Origin: a phage
Sequence record: PZ445406.1
Direction: 5' to 3' (one strand)
DNA: 47,149 nucleotides
Of this stretch, positions 7,664 to 18,386 are shown piece after piece. The stretch's first letter is position 1, and each line of letters opens with the position of its first letter. Both the position numbers and the translations under genes were made by a program. The notes beneath the pieces are model-generated. The model did no database searches, was not told the DNA's origin, and was given only the letters and a program-made list of their open reading frames with translations.

Positions 7664-10639
7664 ATGGCAACAAATGAATTAGCCGGAATCACGCTAGCCG
7701 TAGACGTATCGCAGGTAGATAGGGGAACGCAATCCCTACAGAAGTTCAGGCAGGCTAACCAACAGGCCGCTTCCGGGATTAGTGAATTCATAAACGCTGA
7801 GCAGGTTGCTAAAAACCAGGCGAGAGATACAGCTCGCGCACTTGCTGAGCAACAGGCATCACTGGCTAAGCTGCAAACTGCGATTGATCCAACTGCGGCA
7901 AAGTTCCGTAAGCTGCAAGAGGCGGCCGTAGGTCTTGATAAGGCGTTCGCTGCTGGCGTAGTTCCTGATGAGGAATTTTTCCGATTAGGTGAGGCTCTTG
8001 AAACGCAGAATGCAAAACTTGCGCGTTCACGCGCAGCTTTAACCGAGGAGGGGAGGGCGGCGGCTCAAGCGGCAAAGGAGAAAGCGGCAGCAAAAGCAGC
8101 AGCGGATAGATTTATCGCATCACTTGAGCGACAAGCTCAAGCTGCGACGCTGACTCGTGAGGAGTACTTAAAGCTACAGGCTGCACAGCTTGGTGTTAGT
8201 TCTCAGGCTGCGCCTATTATTGACAGAATCGCTGAGGCTTCAGAGCGAGCAAATGTTCAATTAGCAAACCAAAGCAAGGCTTTTCAGAAGTCCGGGCTAA
8301 GTGCCGGGCAATACAAGAACGCCATTAGCCAACTGCCAGCACAGATTACAGATATTGGAACATCACTTGCTGGTGGCATTCCGATTTGGCTTATTGCAAT
8401 TCAGCAGGGCGGACAAATTAAGGATGCATTCGGAGGTATTGGTAACACATTTAGATTCGCGCTGGCTGCACTAAACCATTTTAATGTTGCTGTTGGCGTT
8501 TTGGGAGGCGCACTCGTCGCTCTCGGTATTGGCGCGGCTCAGGCTGAAAGTGAATTCAGGGCATTGAACTCTGCCATTGCATTCTCAAACAACTCGACAA
8601 TCACTTCAATCTCGCAAATTAGACAGTTGGTTAGCTCTGTTTCTGACGCTACCGGCGCCACCAGAGGACTGGTAACCAGCATCGCAACAAGCCTTGTTGA
8701 GCAAGGAAACCTTACGCTAACGCAGATTGATAAGATTACTAAATCAACAGCAAGATGGGCGCAGTTGACAGGTAAGGATGCAAAGGAGATTACTGGTTAC
8801 TACAACCAGATTGCAAGCGACCCAATCCAGGGTTTAGTTGACTTGGATAAGCGCTTTAACTTCCTCACACAGGGGCAGCTGACGACAATCGAAAACCTGA
8901 GAAAGACAAAGGGGGAGGTCGAGGCCGTTACCGCCGCGATTGATATTTTCAGCAAGTCGCAGGAAGCCAACCTTAACGACATTGCAGCTCAATTAACTCC
9001 ACTTGAGTTAGCATGGAATGACTTCAAGAAGTACATCTCTGATGTCTGGGATGCAATTAGCCGTAGAACACTAGGTGCTTTAAACCTGTTTGTTGACGTA
9101 ATAGCAGGAACAATTGAGCAAATCAGGGTCTTCCTTAACCAGGGTGACGTTCTGATTGGTGAATTCGTAATCAGCGCAACTCAGGCATTGCAGAACATAC
9201 CTGGCCTTGATGGTGTTGGTGATGATGTTATCAAGGGGCAGCAGAAGATTATCGATGCCGCCAAGAAGCAAAACCTTGAGCTAGAGAAGTCCATCAGGGA
9301 GCGAGATGCCAGAATCAGAGAGGGAGAGCTTGGTTACGTTAATCGCAGAGAGAATCAGAATACCAATGAGCAATCAGGGACCGATGAGGAATTCGCAAAA
9401 AGGAAGAAGGCACTTCAGGATGAGCTTGACGCGATCAAGAAAAACAGGAAAGAGGAAAATGGGAGGGTTAATGAGCAAAGGGATTTAACAATAGGTTATG
9501 AATCTGGCGTTCTGGCACTTCAGGCTCAACTCAAGGTTCTTCAGGAAAATCGGGATATTGGCGCAGTAATAAGCAATGAGCGCAAGCAGTATCTTCAGGA
9601 GGAGGCTAAATTCAGGATCCTTGAGCAGAGGCAGCTTGATGGCTCGATTACCAAAGAGCAAGCGAGACTTATCGTTGAAAAGGACAAAGTTCTTGAGTTG
9701 GCCAAGCAGAAGGCTGAACTAGGTGATCAGATTGTTTTGCAGGAGCGCGCCAATAAGTTAGCTGAAGATAACCGCAAGAAGATTCTTCAGATTAACAATG
9801 AGGCAAATAACATTGATTTAGGCGCTGGATTGTCATCTCGAGAGCAGCAGAGAGCCAAAGAGATTCAGGCCCTCCAGTCCAATCAGGTTAATGCTGGTGG
9901 CGCACTTGATGACGTGGATTTTCAGCAACTCCTCGAAGCAAGACGCAACTTTTACGCTCAGGAGGATGCGCTACGTGAAAACTGGCTCGCTGGCGTGAAT
10001 CAATCCTTTGCCAATTGGGCTGAGAGCGCTAAGGATGCATTCTCAATTGCTGGAAGTTTAACCACAACAGTCTTTGAGGGCATTACCGACCAGATTACAA
10101 ACCTTGTAACAACTGGCGAGACAAACTTCAGGGAGTTTACTGTAAGCATCCTTAAGCAGATTGCTAAGATTGCGGCTCAGCTTCTTGTTGTCAAGGCAAT
10201 TGAGTCTAGCTTAAGTAGCTTCGGTGGCACTGGTGGCGCTATTGGTTCAATTGCCTCAGCTATAGGTTTTGCTGGTGGCGGCTACACTGGTGATGGCGGG
10301 AAGTATCAGCCAGCAGGAACCGTACACCGCGGTGAGTTTGTATTCACAAAAGAAGCAACAAGCCGAATTGGTGTTAAGAACCTTTACGCGCTAATGAAGG
10401 GATACGCAAACGGTGGCGCTGTAGGTGGTCCATCTGGTTATGCTAATGGCGGTTTGGTTTCTGGTGGGTCAGATGTTAATGTTAGTGGCATCACCGTTAA
10501 CGTTAATGGTGGCGTTGGTAGCGACCCAGAACAGGCCAAGGCATTGCAGAGTGGCGTTAAGGCTATCGTTGCGGAAGAAATTGCTCAGTCTTTCCAGCAG
10601 GGTGGAAAAGCGTATGCCTACCTGAGGGGCTTTAACTAA
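7664..10639 (+). CDS. tail tape measure protein
   Basis: 991 aa, Ala/Gln-rich coiled coils, Gly-rich C-terminus; position after chaperone. Confidence 0.8.
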   Translation: MATNELAGITLAVDVSQVDRGTQSLQKFRQANQQAASGISEFINAEQVAKNQARDTARALAEQQASLAKLQTAIDPTAAKFRKLQEAAVGLDKAFAAGVVPDEEFFRLGEALETQNAKLARSRAALTEEGRAAAQAAKEKAAAKAAADRFIASLERQAQAATLTREEYLKLQAAQLGVSSQAAPIIDRIAEASERANVQLANQSKAFQKSGLSAGQYKNAISQLPAQITDIGTSLAGGIPIWLIAIQQGGQIKDAFGGIGNTFRFALAALNHFNVAVGVLGGALVALGIGAAQAESEFRALNSAIAFSNNSTITSISQIRQLVSSVSDATGATRGLVTSIATSLVEQGNLTLTQIDKITKSTARWAQLTGKDAKEITGYYNQIASDPIQGLVDLDKRFNFLTQGQLTTIENLRKTKGEVEAVTAAIDIFSKSQEANLNDIAAQLTPLELAWNDFKKYISDVWDAISRRTLGALNLFVDVIAGTIEQIRVFLNQGDVLIGEFVISATQALQNIPGLDGVGDDVIKGQQKIIDAAKKQNLELEKSIRERDARIREGELGYVNRRENQNTNEQSGTDEEFAKRKKALQDELDAIKKNRKEENGRVNEQRDLTIGYESGVLALQAQLKVLQENRDIGAVISNERKQYLQEEAKFRILEQRQLDGSITKEQARLIVEKDKVLELAKQKAELGDQIVLQERANKLAEDNRKKILQINNEANNIDLGAGLSSREQQRAKEIQALQSNQVNAGGALDDVDFQQLLEARRNFYAQEDALRENWLAGVNQSFANWAESAKDAFSIAGSLTTTVFEGITDQITNLVTTGETNFREFTVSILKQIAKIAAQLLVVKAIESSLSSFGGTGGAIGSIASAIGFAGGGYTGDGGKYQPAGTVHRGEFVFTKEATSRIGVKNLYALMKGYANGGAVGGPSGYANGGLVSGGSDVNVSGITVNVNGGVGSDPEQAKALQSGVKAIVAEEIAQSFQQGGKAYAYLRGFN

Positions 10640-10682
10640 TAGCACTAAATGGTAAAGCCAAAAGGATTTGGCTTGCTATAAT
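10639..10682 (+). promoter_or_regulatory. phage-type promoter module (drives HNH 10711)
   Basis: ATAGCAC-taaa-TGGTAA, 22-bp spacer, TATAAT; tape measure stop abuts TAGCAC. Confidence 0.5.
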
Positions 10683-10710
10683 CAACTCATTAAAACTGTG
10701 AGGTGATAAA

Positions 10711-11187
10711 ATGAACTGGAATGATATTTTCGATTATAGGGATGGTGTTCTTTATTGGAAGATAAGTCCGAGGTCAAGAACCCCAATCGGATCAGTTGCC
10801 GGACATTTATCAAAGGCTGGCTATATAACAACGTCATACATGAAGAGGGCTCTTCTTGCCCATAGGGTTGTGTGGGAAATGCATAACGGACCAATACCAG
10901 AAGGAATGCAGATAGACCACATAAATCACAACAGAAGTGATAACAGGATTTGCAATTTAAGACTTGCTACTGTTTTTGATAACAATCAAAACATGAGCAG
11001 AGGTAAGGGAAATAGAAGTGGCGTTGTTGGTGTTAGCTGGCATAAGAGCGCAAAAAAGTGGTGCGCTGAGATTCATGCGAATGGCAAAAAGAAATACCTC
11101 GGCGTGTTTGATAGTTTTGATGATGCGGTTCTCGCTAGAAAGAGCGCAGAGTTACATTTTGGTTTTCATGAAAATCACGGAGCATAA
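10711..11187 (+). CDS. HNH homing endonuclease (HNH plus AP2-like domain)
   Basis: HINHNRSDNR motif then AP2-like GVSWHKSAKKW; free-standing with own promoter between tape measure and M genes. Confidence 0.75.
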   Translation: MNWNDIFDYRDGVLYWKISPRSRTPIGSVAGHLSKAGYITTSYMKRALLAHRVVWEMHNGPIPEGMQIDHINHNRSDNRICNLRLATVFDNNQNMSRGKGNRSGVVGVSWHKSAKKWCAEIHANGKKKYLGVFDSFDDAVLARKSAELHFGFHENHGA

Positions 11188-11189
11188 AA

Positions 11190-11540
11190 ATGGCAATAGA
11201 CAGTTTTAACTGGTGCACTCAGATACAAAATGGAGGAGCCGCATTTTCCAACACGAACAATGTGCGAATCGTTAGCTTTGGTAATGGCTACGAGGCTAGA
11301 GGAACGGGAGGCTACCGCAGCAACAAGCGCAGTTACCAGATGACCTACACCAACAAGGACTGGCGGGATGTGATGGATTTCTGCTTCAACCACATCATTA
11401 CACCGTTCTTCTGGACTACTCCGCAGGGAGATACATCAATGTTCGTTATCCAGCAAGATAGCATTAGCGTTACACCACTCAGTAAGGAAGTTCAGACTGT
11501 GAATATGCAATTCGTGGAAGTCTTTAGCTCAATGCGTTAA
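11190..11540 (+). CDS. minor tail protein M (lambda gpM-like)
   Basis: 116 aa; synteny with L/K/I/J. Confidence 0.7.
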   Translation: MAIDSFNWCTQIQNGGAAFSNTNNVRIVSFGNGYEARGTGGYRSNKRSYQMTYTNKDWRDVMDFCFNHIITPFFWTTPQGDTSMFVIQQDSISVTPLSKEVQTVNMQFVEVFSSMR

Positions 11541-11544
11541 ACTA

Positions 11545-11566
11545 AGCCCCATTAGGGGCTTTTTTT
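11545..11566 (+). terminator. intrinsic terminator between M and L
   Basis: AGCCCC-atta-GGGGCT hairpin plus T7; near-identical to element at 14-35. Confidence 0.55.
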
Positions 11567-11579
11567 ATTGGAGAAATGT

Positions 11580-12335
11580 ATGTTAAGTCCAAAGTTTGAA
11601 AATCAGTTACAAAGCCTTTTTCCTGGCGAGATTGTTACTCTAATCCAGGTGGACGGGACCTCGTTTGGTTCTAACGTTTATTCGTTCCACAATGAGAACA
11701 TTTCATACACGCCAGAAGAAATCATGCTAGCCCAAATGAACGGCGAGCCACTGCCAGAAAAGACAATTACATTTCGTGGTGAAGAGTACGGCCCAAGACC
11801 ATTTGGAATCTCGGGTATCAATATGACCTCTGACGGCAAGGCCAACAAGGTTACGCTAACGGTATCAAACGTAGACCAGAGAATTAGCGCGCTTATCCGC
11901 ACCTACAATGGATTGGTTAAGGCAAAGGTTACTATCTGGATTACTACGCGCGATAACATCAATGAGGATGGAAGCATTGCTGACGGGGACTATCGCAGAT
12001 TCGTTTACTTTATTGAGCGACCGAAGCAGGTTGATTACAAGACGGCATCATTTGAGCTTAGCTCACCTATGGATATGGATGGAATTTACATCCCTGCGAG
12101 ACTTGTTCAGTCGGTTTGCTATTGGGCGTCAAGGGGTTGGTATCGTAGCGGTAATGGTTGCGACTATTCAGGCAATAGATACTTCGATAAAGACGACAAC
12201 CCGGTCAGCGATCCTTCCTTAGACTTCTGTGCTGGTACTGTTAACAGTTGCAAGATTAGATTCGGCGAGAATAACCAGCTTTCATTTGGTGGATGCGCGG
12301 CTGCAAGCCTGCAAGCCAAAGCGAATCAGAGCTAA
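11580..12335 (+). CDS. minor tail protein L (lambda gpL-like)
   Basis: ATG 11580 with GGAG SD (track start 11568 is TTG); C-terminal Cys cluster. Confidence 0.75.
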   Translation: MLSPKFENQLQSLFPGEIVTLIQVDGTSFGSNVYSFHNENISYTPEEIMLAQMNGEPLPEKTITFRGEEYGPRPFGISGINMTSDGKANKVTLTVSNVDQRISALIRTYNGLVKAKVTIWITTRDNINEDGSIADGDYRRFVYFIERPKQVDYKTASFELSSPMDMDGIYIPARLVQSVCYWASRGWYRSGNGCDYSGNRYFDKDDNPVSDPSLDFCAGTVNSCKIRFGENNQLSFGGCAAASLQAKANQS

Positions 12336-12345
12336 GGGGAAATAA

Positions 12346-13104
12346 ATGTTAACACCGAAAGTTAAACTGGAAATATTCCAGCACGCAAAAGAAGTTTACC
12401 CGCACGAATGCTGCGGGGTTGTCACACAGAAGGGGCGGGCGCAGAAATATCACAGAATCACTAACGCCAGCAAAGACCCTGAAAATGAGTTTATCCTTGA
12501 TTCAAATGAGTATGGTGAAATTGTTTTCAGTCTGGCTTATAACGAATCAATTGTTTATGTAGTTCACTCTCACACTGGTGACGGAGCGACAACAAGACCG
12601 AGCCCCGCGGATATCTGTAGCTGCAACGAGTGCGAGATTCCTTACGTTATCGTAAGCATCCCAGAGGGAGATATGCGAATTCTTGAGCCATCAACCATGC
12701 CGCTGATTGGTCGCCCCTGGGGTCTTGGTGGCTTCGATTGCTGGGAGCTGGTGATGGCATTTCACAAGAAATACGGCGTCAAACTGAATGACTACCGTGT
12801 TAATTACCCGTGGTGGGAGAAGCGGTACAATGAAAATATCTATGACGACAACTGGGTTAAGGAAGGCTTTGAGCTGTTAAAAACTTCAGATATTCCGATT
12901 GGTTCCATGATTATGATGCAAGTGCAAAGTGAGGTGACAAACCACGCCGGAATCTACATTGGCAATAACAGATTCATCCACCATCTCTATGGTAAAATGA
13001 GCTCTGTTGATATCTACTCCGATTACTGGCGAGAGCGCACAGTGCGAATCGTTCGCCATAAGGATTTACCAGAGGACGTGATTTATGACCCAGAAACTGA
13101 TTGA
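12346..13104 (+). CDS. tail assembly protein K (MPN/JAB plus NlpC/P60-like)
   Basis: HSHTG...SPADI JAB-like motif and Cys/His peptidase-like C-terminal half; synteny. Confidence 0.75.
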   Translation: MLTPKVKLEIFQHAKEVYPHECCGVVTQKGRAQKYHRITNASKDPENEFILDSNEYGEIVFSLAYNESIVYVVHSHTGDGATTRPSPADICSCNECEIPYVIVSIPEGDMRILEPSTMPLIGRPWGLGGFDCWELVMAFHKKYGVKLNDYRVNYPWWEKRYNENIYDDNWVKEGFELLKTSDIPIGSMIMMQVQSEVTNHAGIYIGNNRFIHHLYGKMSSVDIYSDYWRERTVRIVRHKDLPEDVIYDPETD

Positions 13105-13657
13105 TATTAAGTTAGGCCTATCTCTAGGCCGAAAGTTTGGCAAGATTCACCAAATGGCTGTGAGTAGCGTGCCAGAGGCAATGAGAGCACTTTGTTCTCA
13201 GATCCCAGCCTTCAAGGAGTTCATGAATAGCCATGTAGGTCAAAACACAAGGTACGCCGTGTTCGTTGATGGTAAAAATGTGAACGAGCATCGAATCTCT
13301 GATTTTAGCGCCGTTCAGGAGATACGCATCTTACCAATTCCCCAGGGTCGTAAGTCTGGCGGTTTGTTTCAGACAATTTTAGGTGCCGCTCTTATCACGG
13401 TTGGCATCTTTACTGGTCAGATTTATCTTGTTGGCGCTGGTGTGTCTTTAGCTGCTGGTGGTATTGCGCAATTACTTTCACCACAAGCAACAGGATTAAA
13501 GACTCAGGACAACAAAACAAGCAACAGAGCATCTTACGCATTTGGTTCAGCTGTGAACACGGTGGCTGCTGGTTATCCAATCTGTCTCCCGTATGGCTAT
13601 AGAACGGTTGGCGGTTCTGTGTTTAGTGCCGGCAGTTATTCCGAAGACATTGCTTAA
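13085..13657 (+). CDS. tail assembly protein I (lambda gpI-like)
   Basis: Overlaps K stop; hydrophobic Gly-rich C-terminal segment; synteny. Confidence 0.7.
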   Translation: MTQKLIDIKLGLSLGRKFGKIHQMAVSSVPEAMRALCSQIPAFKEFMNSHVGQNTRYAVFVDGKNVNEHRISDFSAVQEIRILPIPQGRKSGGLFQTILGAALITVGIFTGQIYLVGAGVSLAAGGIAQLLSPQATGLKTQDNKTSNRASYAFGSAVNTVAAGYPICLPYGYRTVGGSVFSAGSYSEDIA

Positions 13658-13664
13658 ATATCAT

Positions 13665-13687
13665 ACCCGCCTAGTGCGGGTTTTTTA
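13665..13687 (+). terminator. intrinsic terminator before J
   Basis: ACCCGC-ctagt-GCGGGT hairpin plus T6. Confidence 0.55.
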
Positions 13688-13698
13688 TTTAGTGTAGA

Positions 13699-16600
13699 AT
13701 GGCACAAATGATCAAAACAAACGTGAGGCTTTGTGATATGGCTGAAGAGATTAAGATTTATGGTGCTAAAGGCGGTAGCCAGAAGCAGCATCAACCAGTG
13801 GAGCAGGAAGATAACCTTATTTCACTTAACAAGGTTAAGGTATTGCTTGCGGTTGCTGACGGAGAGGTGGATCCAAACTTCTCAATGAAGGATTTATACC
13901 TTGCTGACGTTCCGGTGCAAAACCAGGATGGTAGCTACAACTACGAAGGTGTTCGCGCTGAGTTCCGTGCTGGCACGCAGTATCAGGACTATATCGCTGG
14001 CCTTGATGGTGCAAACTCAGAGATTCAGGCATCCAGAGAAATCACGAACGATACCCCGTATATCATCGCGGTTAACAATACTCAGCTATCAGCAATTCGA
14101 GTTAAGCTATTTTGGCCTCGACTAGTTAAGCAAGAAAGTAACGGCGACCTGAACGGTACGACATGTGAGTATGCAATTGACCTATCTGTTAATGGTGGAG
14201 TATATCAGGAATACACTCGCGGAGTTGCTAACGGTAAGACAACTACAGGTTACGACCGCAGCATTCGTGTCAACCTTCCGGCAGAGTTTGATAGCGCACT
14301 GGTTCGAATCCGTAAGATTACGCCAGACTCAACTAGTAGCACGCTGGTCAACGGAATGCAGATTACAACCTATCAGGAAGTAATCGACGCTAAATTCCGC
14401 TATCCGCTTACCGCCCTGGTTTATGTTGAGTTTGGCTCTGACTTGTTCCCTAACGGAATCCCAACAATTTCTATAAAGAAGCGCTGGAAGTTGATTCAGG
14501 TACCGACAAACTACGACCCGGAGACGAGAACTTACAGCGGGACATGGAATGGACTGTTCAAAATGGCATGGTCAAACAACCCAGCTTGGGTTCTTTATGA
14601 CTTAGTGACAAACCGCCGATATGGTCTTGACCAGCGAGAACTAGGTGTAGAGATTGATAAGTGGGGTCTTTACGAGGCTGCGCAATTCTGCGACCAGATG
14701 GTGCCGGATGGTAAGGGTGGTTTAGAGCCTCGTTATCTTTGCGATATGGTTGTACAGAACAAGGTTGAGGCCTACACGCTAATTCGTGATATCTGTTCAA
14801 TCTTCCGTGGTCTGACTTTCTATGATGGAGAAAAGATTGGCATCGTAGTTGATAAGCCTCGTAATCCATCATACATCTTCACGAATGATAACGTTGTAAA
14901 CGGATTGTTCAGCCGCACCTTTGCCAGTGATAAGAGTCTTTACACCACTGCAAACGTTCAGTTTGATGATGTTGAGAACAACTATCAGCAGGATGTTGAG
15001 CCAGTTTTTGAACTCGAGGCTACTCGAAGATTTGGCTTTAACCCTGTTGACCTCACGGCTATTGGCTGTACTCGCAGAAGTGAGGCAAACAGGCGCGGCA
15101 GGTGGCTCCTAAAAACCAACCTGAGAAGCGAAACTATCAGCTTCACTACCGGGTTGGAAGGTATGATTCCGATGGTTGGCGAGGTAATTGCGGTCAATGA
15201 CGCTGCATGGTCGAGCAACTATCAGTTAAACCTTTCTGGTCGCATTGAATCAGTTCAGGGATTGCAGGTTTTCACCCCTTTTAAAGTTGACGCAGCGCCT
15301 GGTGACAGAATTCTTCTGAACAAGCCAGACGGAAGTCCAGAGGCAAGAACTATTGCCAGCGTTTCGGAGGATGGAAGAACAATCAACCTTAACACTGCTT
15401 TTAGTTTTGTAGCTCAACCTGACACTGTTTTCGCAATCGATAAGGATAATATCGCGCTTCAACAGTATGTTGTGACCGGGATTCAAAAAGCAGACTCTGA
15501 TGGTTCGGATTCATTTCAGTATACGATTACAGCAGTAGAGTATGACCCGAACAAGTATGACGAGATTGACTACGGGGTTAACATTGTTGACCGTCCAACT
15601 TCAATTGTGGAACCTGACAGATTGTCGCCGCCCGAGAACTTAACAGTATCAAGCTACAGTAAGGTTGTTCAGGGTTTGTCGGTTGAGACGATGGTTATCG
15701 GATGGGATAAAGCGCCATACGCTAAAACATACAATGTTCAGTGGAGAAAAGAAAATGGCAACTGGATTAACGTACCCAGAACAGCAAGTACAGAGGTTGA
15801 TATTGAGGGCATTTACGCAGGAATCTATGACGTTAGGGTTCGCAGCGTATCAGATACTGAAAACGTATCTGCCTGGTCTGACATTGTAACGGTATCGCTA
15901 ACTGGCAAGATTGGTCGCCCATCTGCGCCTACGGTTATCACGGCTTCAACTGATGAGGTATTTGGAATTCGTGTTAAGTGGGGTTTCCCTGAAGGATCCG
16001 GTGACACTGCTTACACTGAACTTCAGCAGGTCGCTGATAATGGTGACGGCACTTACAATCCTGATAACGCAAGTTTGCTTACGTTACTGCCGTACCCAGC
16101 ATATGAATACTGGCACACGCCAATTCAGCCAGGAAAGGTTATCTGGTATCGCGCTAGATTGATCGACAGAATAGGTAATACCTCTGATTGGTCTGACTTT
16201 GCTAGAGGTATGAGCACTGACGATGCCAACATCATCAACGATTACATCAAAGTTGATATTGAAGGCTCAGAAGGATTCAAATATCTCGAGCAGAATGCGA
16301 TTCAAAAGAATCAGGACATTCAGAATCAAGCTGAGGCAATTATCGAGAACGCATTAGCTAATGACACTGATGTTCGTCGCATGACTAAGGAGAACGGAAA
16401 ACGTAAGGCTGAATATGTTCAGGCAGTGAATCTCATAGCTGATGAAACTCAGGCGCGTGTGGAGGCTCTCACGGCCCTTAAAGCACAGATAGATGATGAG
16501 ATTGTTGGTCAGATTACGACTATTGAAACGGCGCTGGCTACAGAGACTGAAGCTAGAGCTACGGCTGACACTCAGCTATCAGCAAGGATTGGTGATAACG

Positions 16601-17109
16601 AGGCGGCGCTAAACCAGAAGCTAGACGCTTTTGCTAACGCTGAGTCAACTGGAGTTCAGTATGGGATTAGTTTGGGCCTTAACTATAATGGTCAGACTTA
16701 TTCATCCGGCATGAGCATGGAGCTAGTTGGTACTGGTGGTAATGTTCGTAGTCAGTTCATCTTTGACGCAAACAGATTCGCTATCAGTAACGGTATTGGT
16801 TCTGGTTCCGGTCAGTGGCAGCTGCCCTTTGTTGTCGAGAACGGAAACGTAATCATCCAGAGCGCAGTAATCGGTGACGGTTCAATCAGTAACGCTAAGA
16901 TTGGTAACTTTATTCAGTCTAACAACTACGTAGCAGGAACTACAGGTTGGAGGATTGATAAGTCTGGAAACGCCGAGATTCACGGAAGGCTGTACGCCAA
17001 CAGTGGGGAGTTCGCTTTTAATGGAACAAACAACACAGTACAGATTAACGGTAACGGAATCACAGTAAACTTACCTGGAGGTGGAAGAGTTGTGGTAGGT
17101 ACGTTCTAA
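13699..17109 (+). CDS. central tail fiber / host specificity protein J
   Basis: 1136 aa; blocks such as IQVPTNYDPETRTYSGTWNG match lambda J from memory; alternative ATG at 13738 has better SD. Confidence 0.85.
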   Translation: MAQMIKTNVRLCDMAEEIKIYGAKGGSQKQHQPVEQEDNLISLNKVKVLLAVADGEVDPNFSMKDLYLADVPVQNQDGSYNYEGVRAEFRAGTQYQDYIAGLDGANSEIQASREITNDTPYIIAVNNTQLSAIRVKLFWPRLVKQESNGDLNGTTCEYAIDLSVNGGVYQEYTRGVANGKTTTGYDRSIRVNLPAEFDSALVRIRKITPDSTSSTLVNGMQITTYQEVIDAKFRYPLTALVYVEFGSDLFPNGIPTISIKKRWKLIQVPTNYDPETRTYSGTWNGLFKMAWSNNPAWVLYDLVTNRRYGLDQRELGVEIDKWGLYEAAQFCDQMVPDGKGGLEPRYLCDMVVQNKVEAYTLIRDICSIFRGLTFYDGEKIGIVVDKPRNPSYIFTNDNVVNGLFSRTFASDKSLYTTANVQFDDVENNYQQDVEPVFELEATRRFGFNPVDLTAIGCTRRSEANRRGRWLLKTNLRSETISFTTGLEGMIPMVGEVIAVNDAAWSSNYQLNLSGRIESVQGLQVFTPFKVDAAPGDRILLNKPDGSPEARTIASVSEDGRTINLNTAFSFVAQPDTVFAIDKDNIALQQYVVTGIQKADSDGSDSFQYTITAVEYDPNKYDEIDYGVNIVDRPTSIVEPDRLSPPENLTVSSYSKVVQGLSVETMVIGWDKAPYAKTYNVQWRKENGNWINVPRTASTEVDIEGIYAGIYDVRVRSVSDTENVSAWSDIVTVSLTGKIGRPSAPTVITASTDEVFGIRVKWGFPEGSGDTAYTELQQVADNGDGTYNPDNASLLTLLPYPAYEYWHTPIQPGKVIWYRARLIDRIGNTSDWSDFARGMSTDDANIINDYIKVDIEGSEGFKYLEQNAIQKNQDIQNQAEAIIENALANDTDVRRMTKENGKRKAEYVQAVNLIADETQARVEALTALKAQIDDEIVGQITTIETALATETEARATADTQLSARIGDNEAALNQKLDAFANAESTGVQYGISLGLNYNGQTYSSGMSMELVGTGGNVRSQFIFDANRFAISNGIGSGSGQWQLPFVVENGNVIIQSAVIGDGSISNAKIGNFIQSNNYVAGTTGWRIDKSGNAEIHGRLYANSGEFAFNGTNNTVQINGNGITVNLPGGGRVVVGTF

Positions 17110-17111
17110 AA

Positions 17112-17135
17112 TAAAAGCCCCGAAAGGGGCTTTGT
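17112..17135. terminator. bidirectional terminator between convergent genes
   Basis: AAAGCCCC-gaaa-GGGGCTTT with A-run upstream and T-run downstream. Confidence 0.6.
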
Positions 17136-17137
17136 CT

Positions 17138-18073
17138 TTAATACATGTCTGGAAGGTAAGGCAATGGAGTGGATATTGTTACGTCAGGTCTGTTTCCAAT
17201 CTCATATCTTACAATCCTTGATCCAGTTCCCGATCGAACATAACCATTACTCATTACGATTCCTTTGTTTCTTAACTCCTTGTAAGCTGGAATTGCCCTG
17301 GTGTTAAATCCGCATCTTAATATTGGGAAGTAGGATTCGCCAATATACTGATTGCTACCTGATAGGTTTATGAATCCAGAAACAACCAACGGCCTTGTAA
17401 CGGTTGATAAAGTGCAAACACCATTAGAGTTAAATATGTTCAATCCGGGTCCTGGTATTGGCGCAACCATCTGAAAAATAATCAAGTCCATAGTGACACT
17501 TCCAGGAGTGTCTCCAGTATCTTCAGTGTTTATGTTTGTGCATATCAGTTGATTGCTCCCGTTGTATTCAACCGAGACGCCGGAGTTATTCCACTTTCCA
17601 AATGGTATCCCATAAATTGGCAGCGTGTATGTGTTGGTGAAAGATATCCTCTGAGCAAACTTGCACACCAACAACCTGTCAGTGGTGGTTATCGAAGTAA
17701 AATCTGTGCTATTGGCAACATAAATACCCTGACCAGTAGATGCTCTTAGTACCTCAACAACAGTACCAGAAAATTGAGTTATACGGTCAGAATATCCATT
17801 CTTATAGCCAATCGATATTGTTCCGCTTGATGCTGTTGATGAGAATCCATTTATGTAGTAAACCTCAACGCCCCTATCAAGTTCGAATGAGTAGGCACCA
17901 TTATTAGGGATTAGGAACCTTGACGCTCCTTCATTACCCTGGATTGAAAAAGTTTTGCTAAATCCACCACTAGAAACGTTGAAGTTGCCAGCAAAGTTCA
18001 AGGCACGCATCCCTGCGGTTATTGTCATTGGCTTTCTTCCGTCATTGAGGTCTATATAAATACCTTGAGCCAT
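17138..18073 (-). CDS. hypothetical beta-rich Gly/Ser/Asn-rich protein (possible receptor-binding or tail-associated)
   Basis: ATG 18073 with AAGGAG SD (track start 18082 is GTG); convergent with J across a bidirectional terminator. Confidence 0.5.
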   Translation of the reverse strand: MAQGIYIDLNDGRKPMTITAGMRALNFAGNFNVSSGGFSKTFSIQGNEGASRFLIPNNGAYSFELDRGVEVYYINGFSSTASSGTISIGYKNGYSDRITQFSGTVVEVLRASTGQGIYVANSTDFTSITTTDRLLVCKFAQRISFTNTYTLPIYGIPFGKWNNSGVSVEYNGSNQLICTNINTEDTGDTPGSVTMDLIIFQMVAPIPGPGLNIFNSNGVCTLSTVTRPLVVSGFINLSGSNQYIGESYFPILRCGFNTRAIPAYKELRNKGIVMSNGYVRSGTGSRIVRYEIGNRPDVTISTPLPYLPDMY

Positions 18074-18303
18074 TAATTCCACTCCTTAGAACCATAATCA
18101 CGAACGGACCCACTGGAGCCTTTAATTCCATCGTAGCGAATATCAATTTCACCAGCCGGAACAATTACGCCGCTTTTCCATTTAGCTACGCACACTCCGT
18201 TTGAGGATGTAGCGCACCAACCATCTGGGCGAGGACCAGATGAGCAGCCTACCATCATGATTGCTGCTGCGGAGATGATTACTGATTTGATGAAGTTATT
18301 CAT
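18073..18303 (-). CDS. small lipoprotein (candidate Cor/Llp-like superinfection exclusion protein)
   Basis: ATG 18303 with AAGGA SD; signal peptide ending in lipobox MVGC; about 76 aa; own phage-type promoter. Confidence 0.5.
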   Translation of the reverse strand: MNNFIKSVIISAAAIMMVGCSSGPRPDGWCATSSNGVCVAKWKSGVIVPAGEIDIRYDGIKGSSGSVRDYGSKEWN

Positions 18304-18342
18304 TTTTAAGTCCTTATTAAGTTTTCTCGTTTCGATGTGGTA

Positions 18343-18386
18343 ATGATAACTCATCCCTGCGGATTGTCTTTAGCAATTCGTGCTAT
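18343..18386 (-). promoter_or_regulatory. phage-type promoter module (drives lipoprotein gene)
   Basis: Minus strand ATAGCACGAATTGCTA, 22-bp spacer, TATCAT, leader CCACATCGAAACGAG. Confidence 0.5.

Noticed and set aside
37-11579. ORF-track start codons at TTG/GTG for portal (37), the L gene (11568) and others
   Set aside because: In-frame ATGs a few codons downstream (49, 11580) have properly spaced GGAG SDs; the upstream starts fall inside the terminator T-runs.
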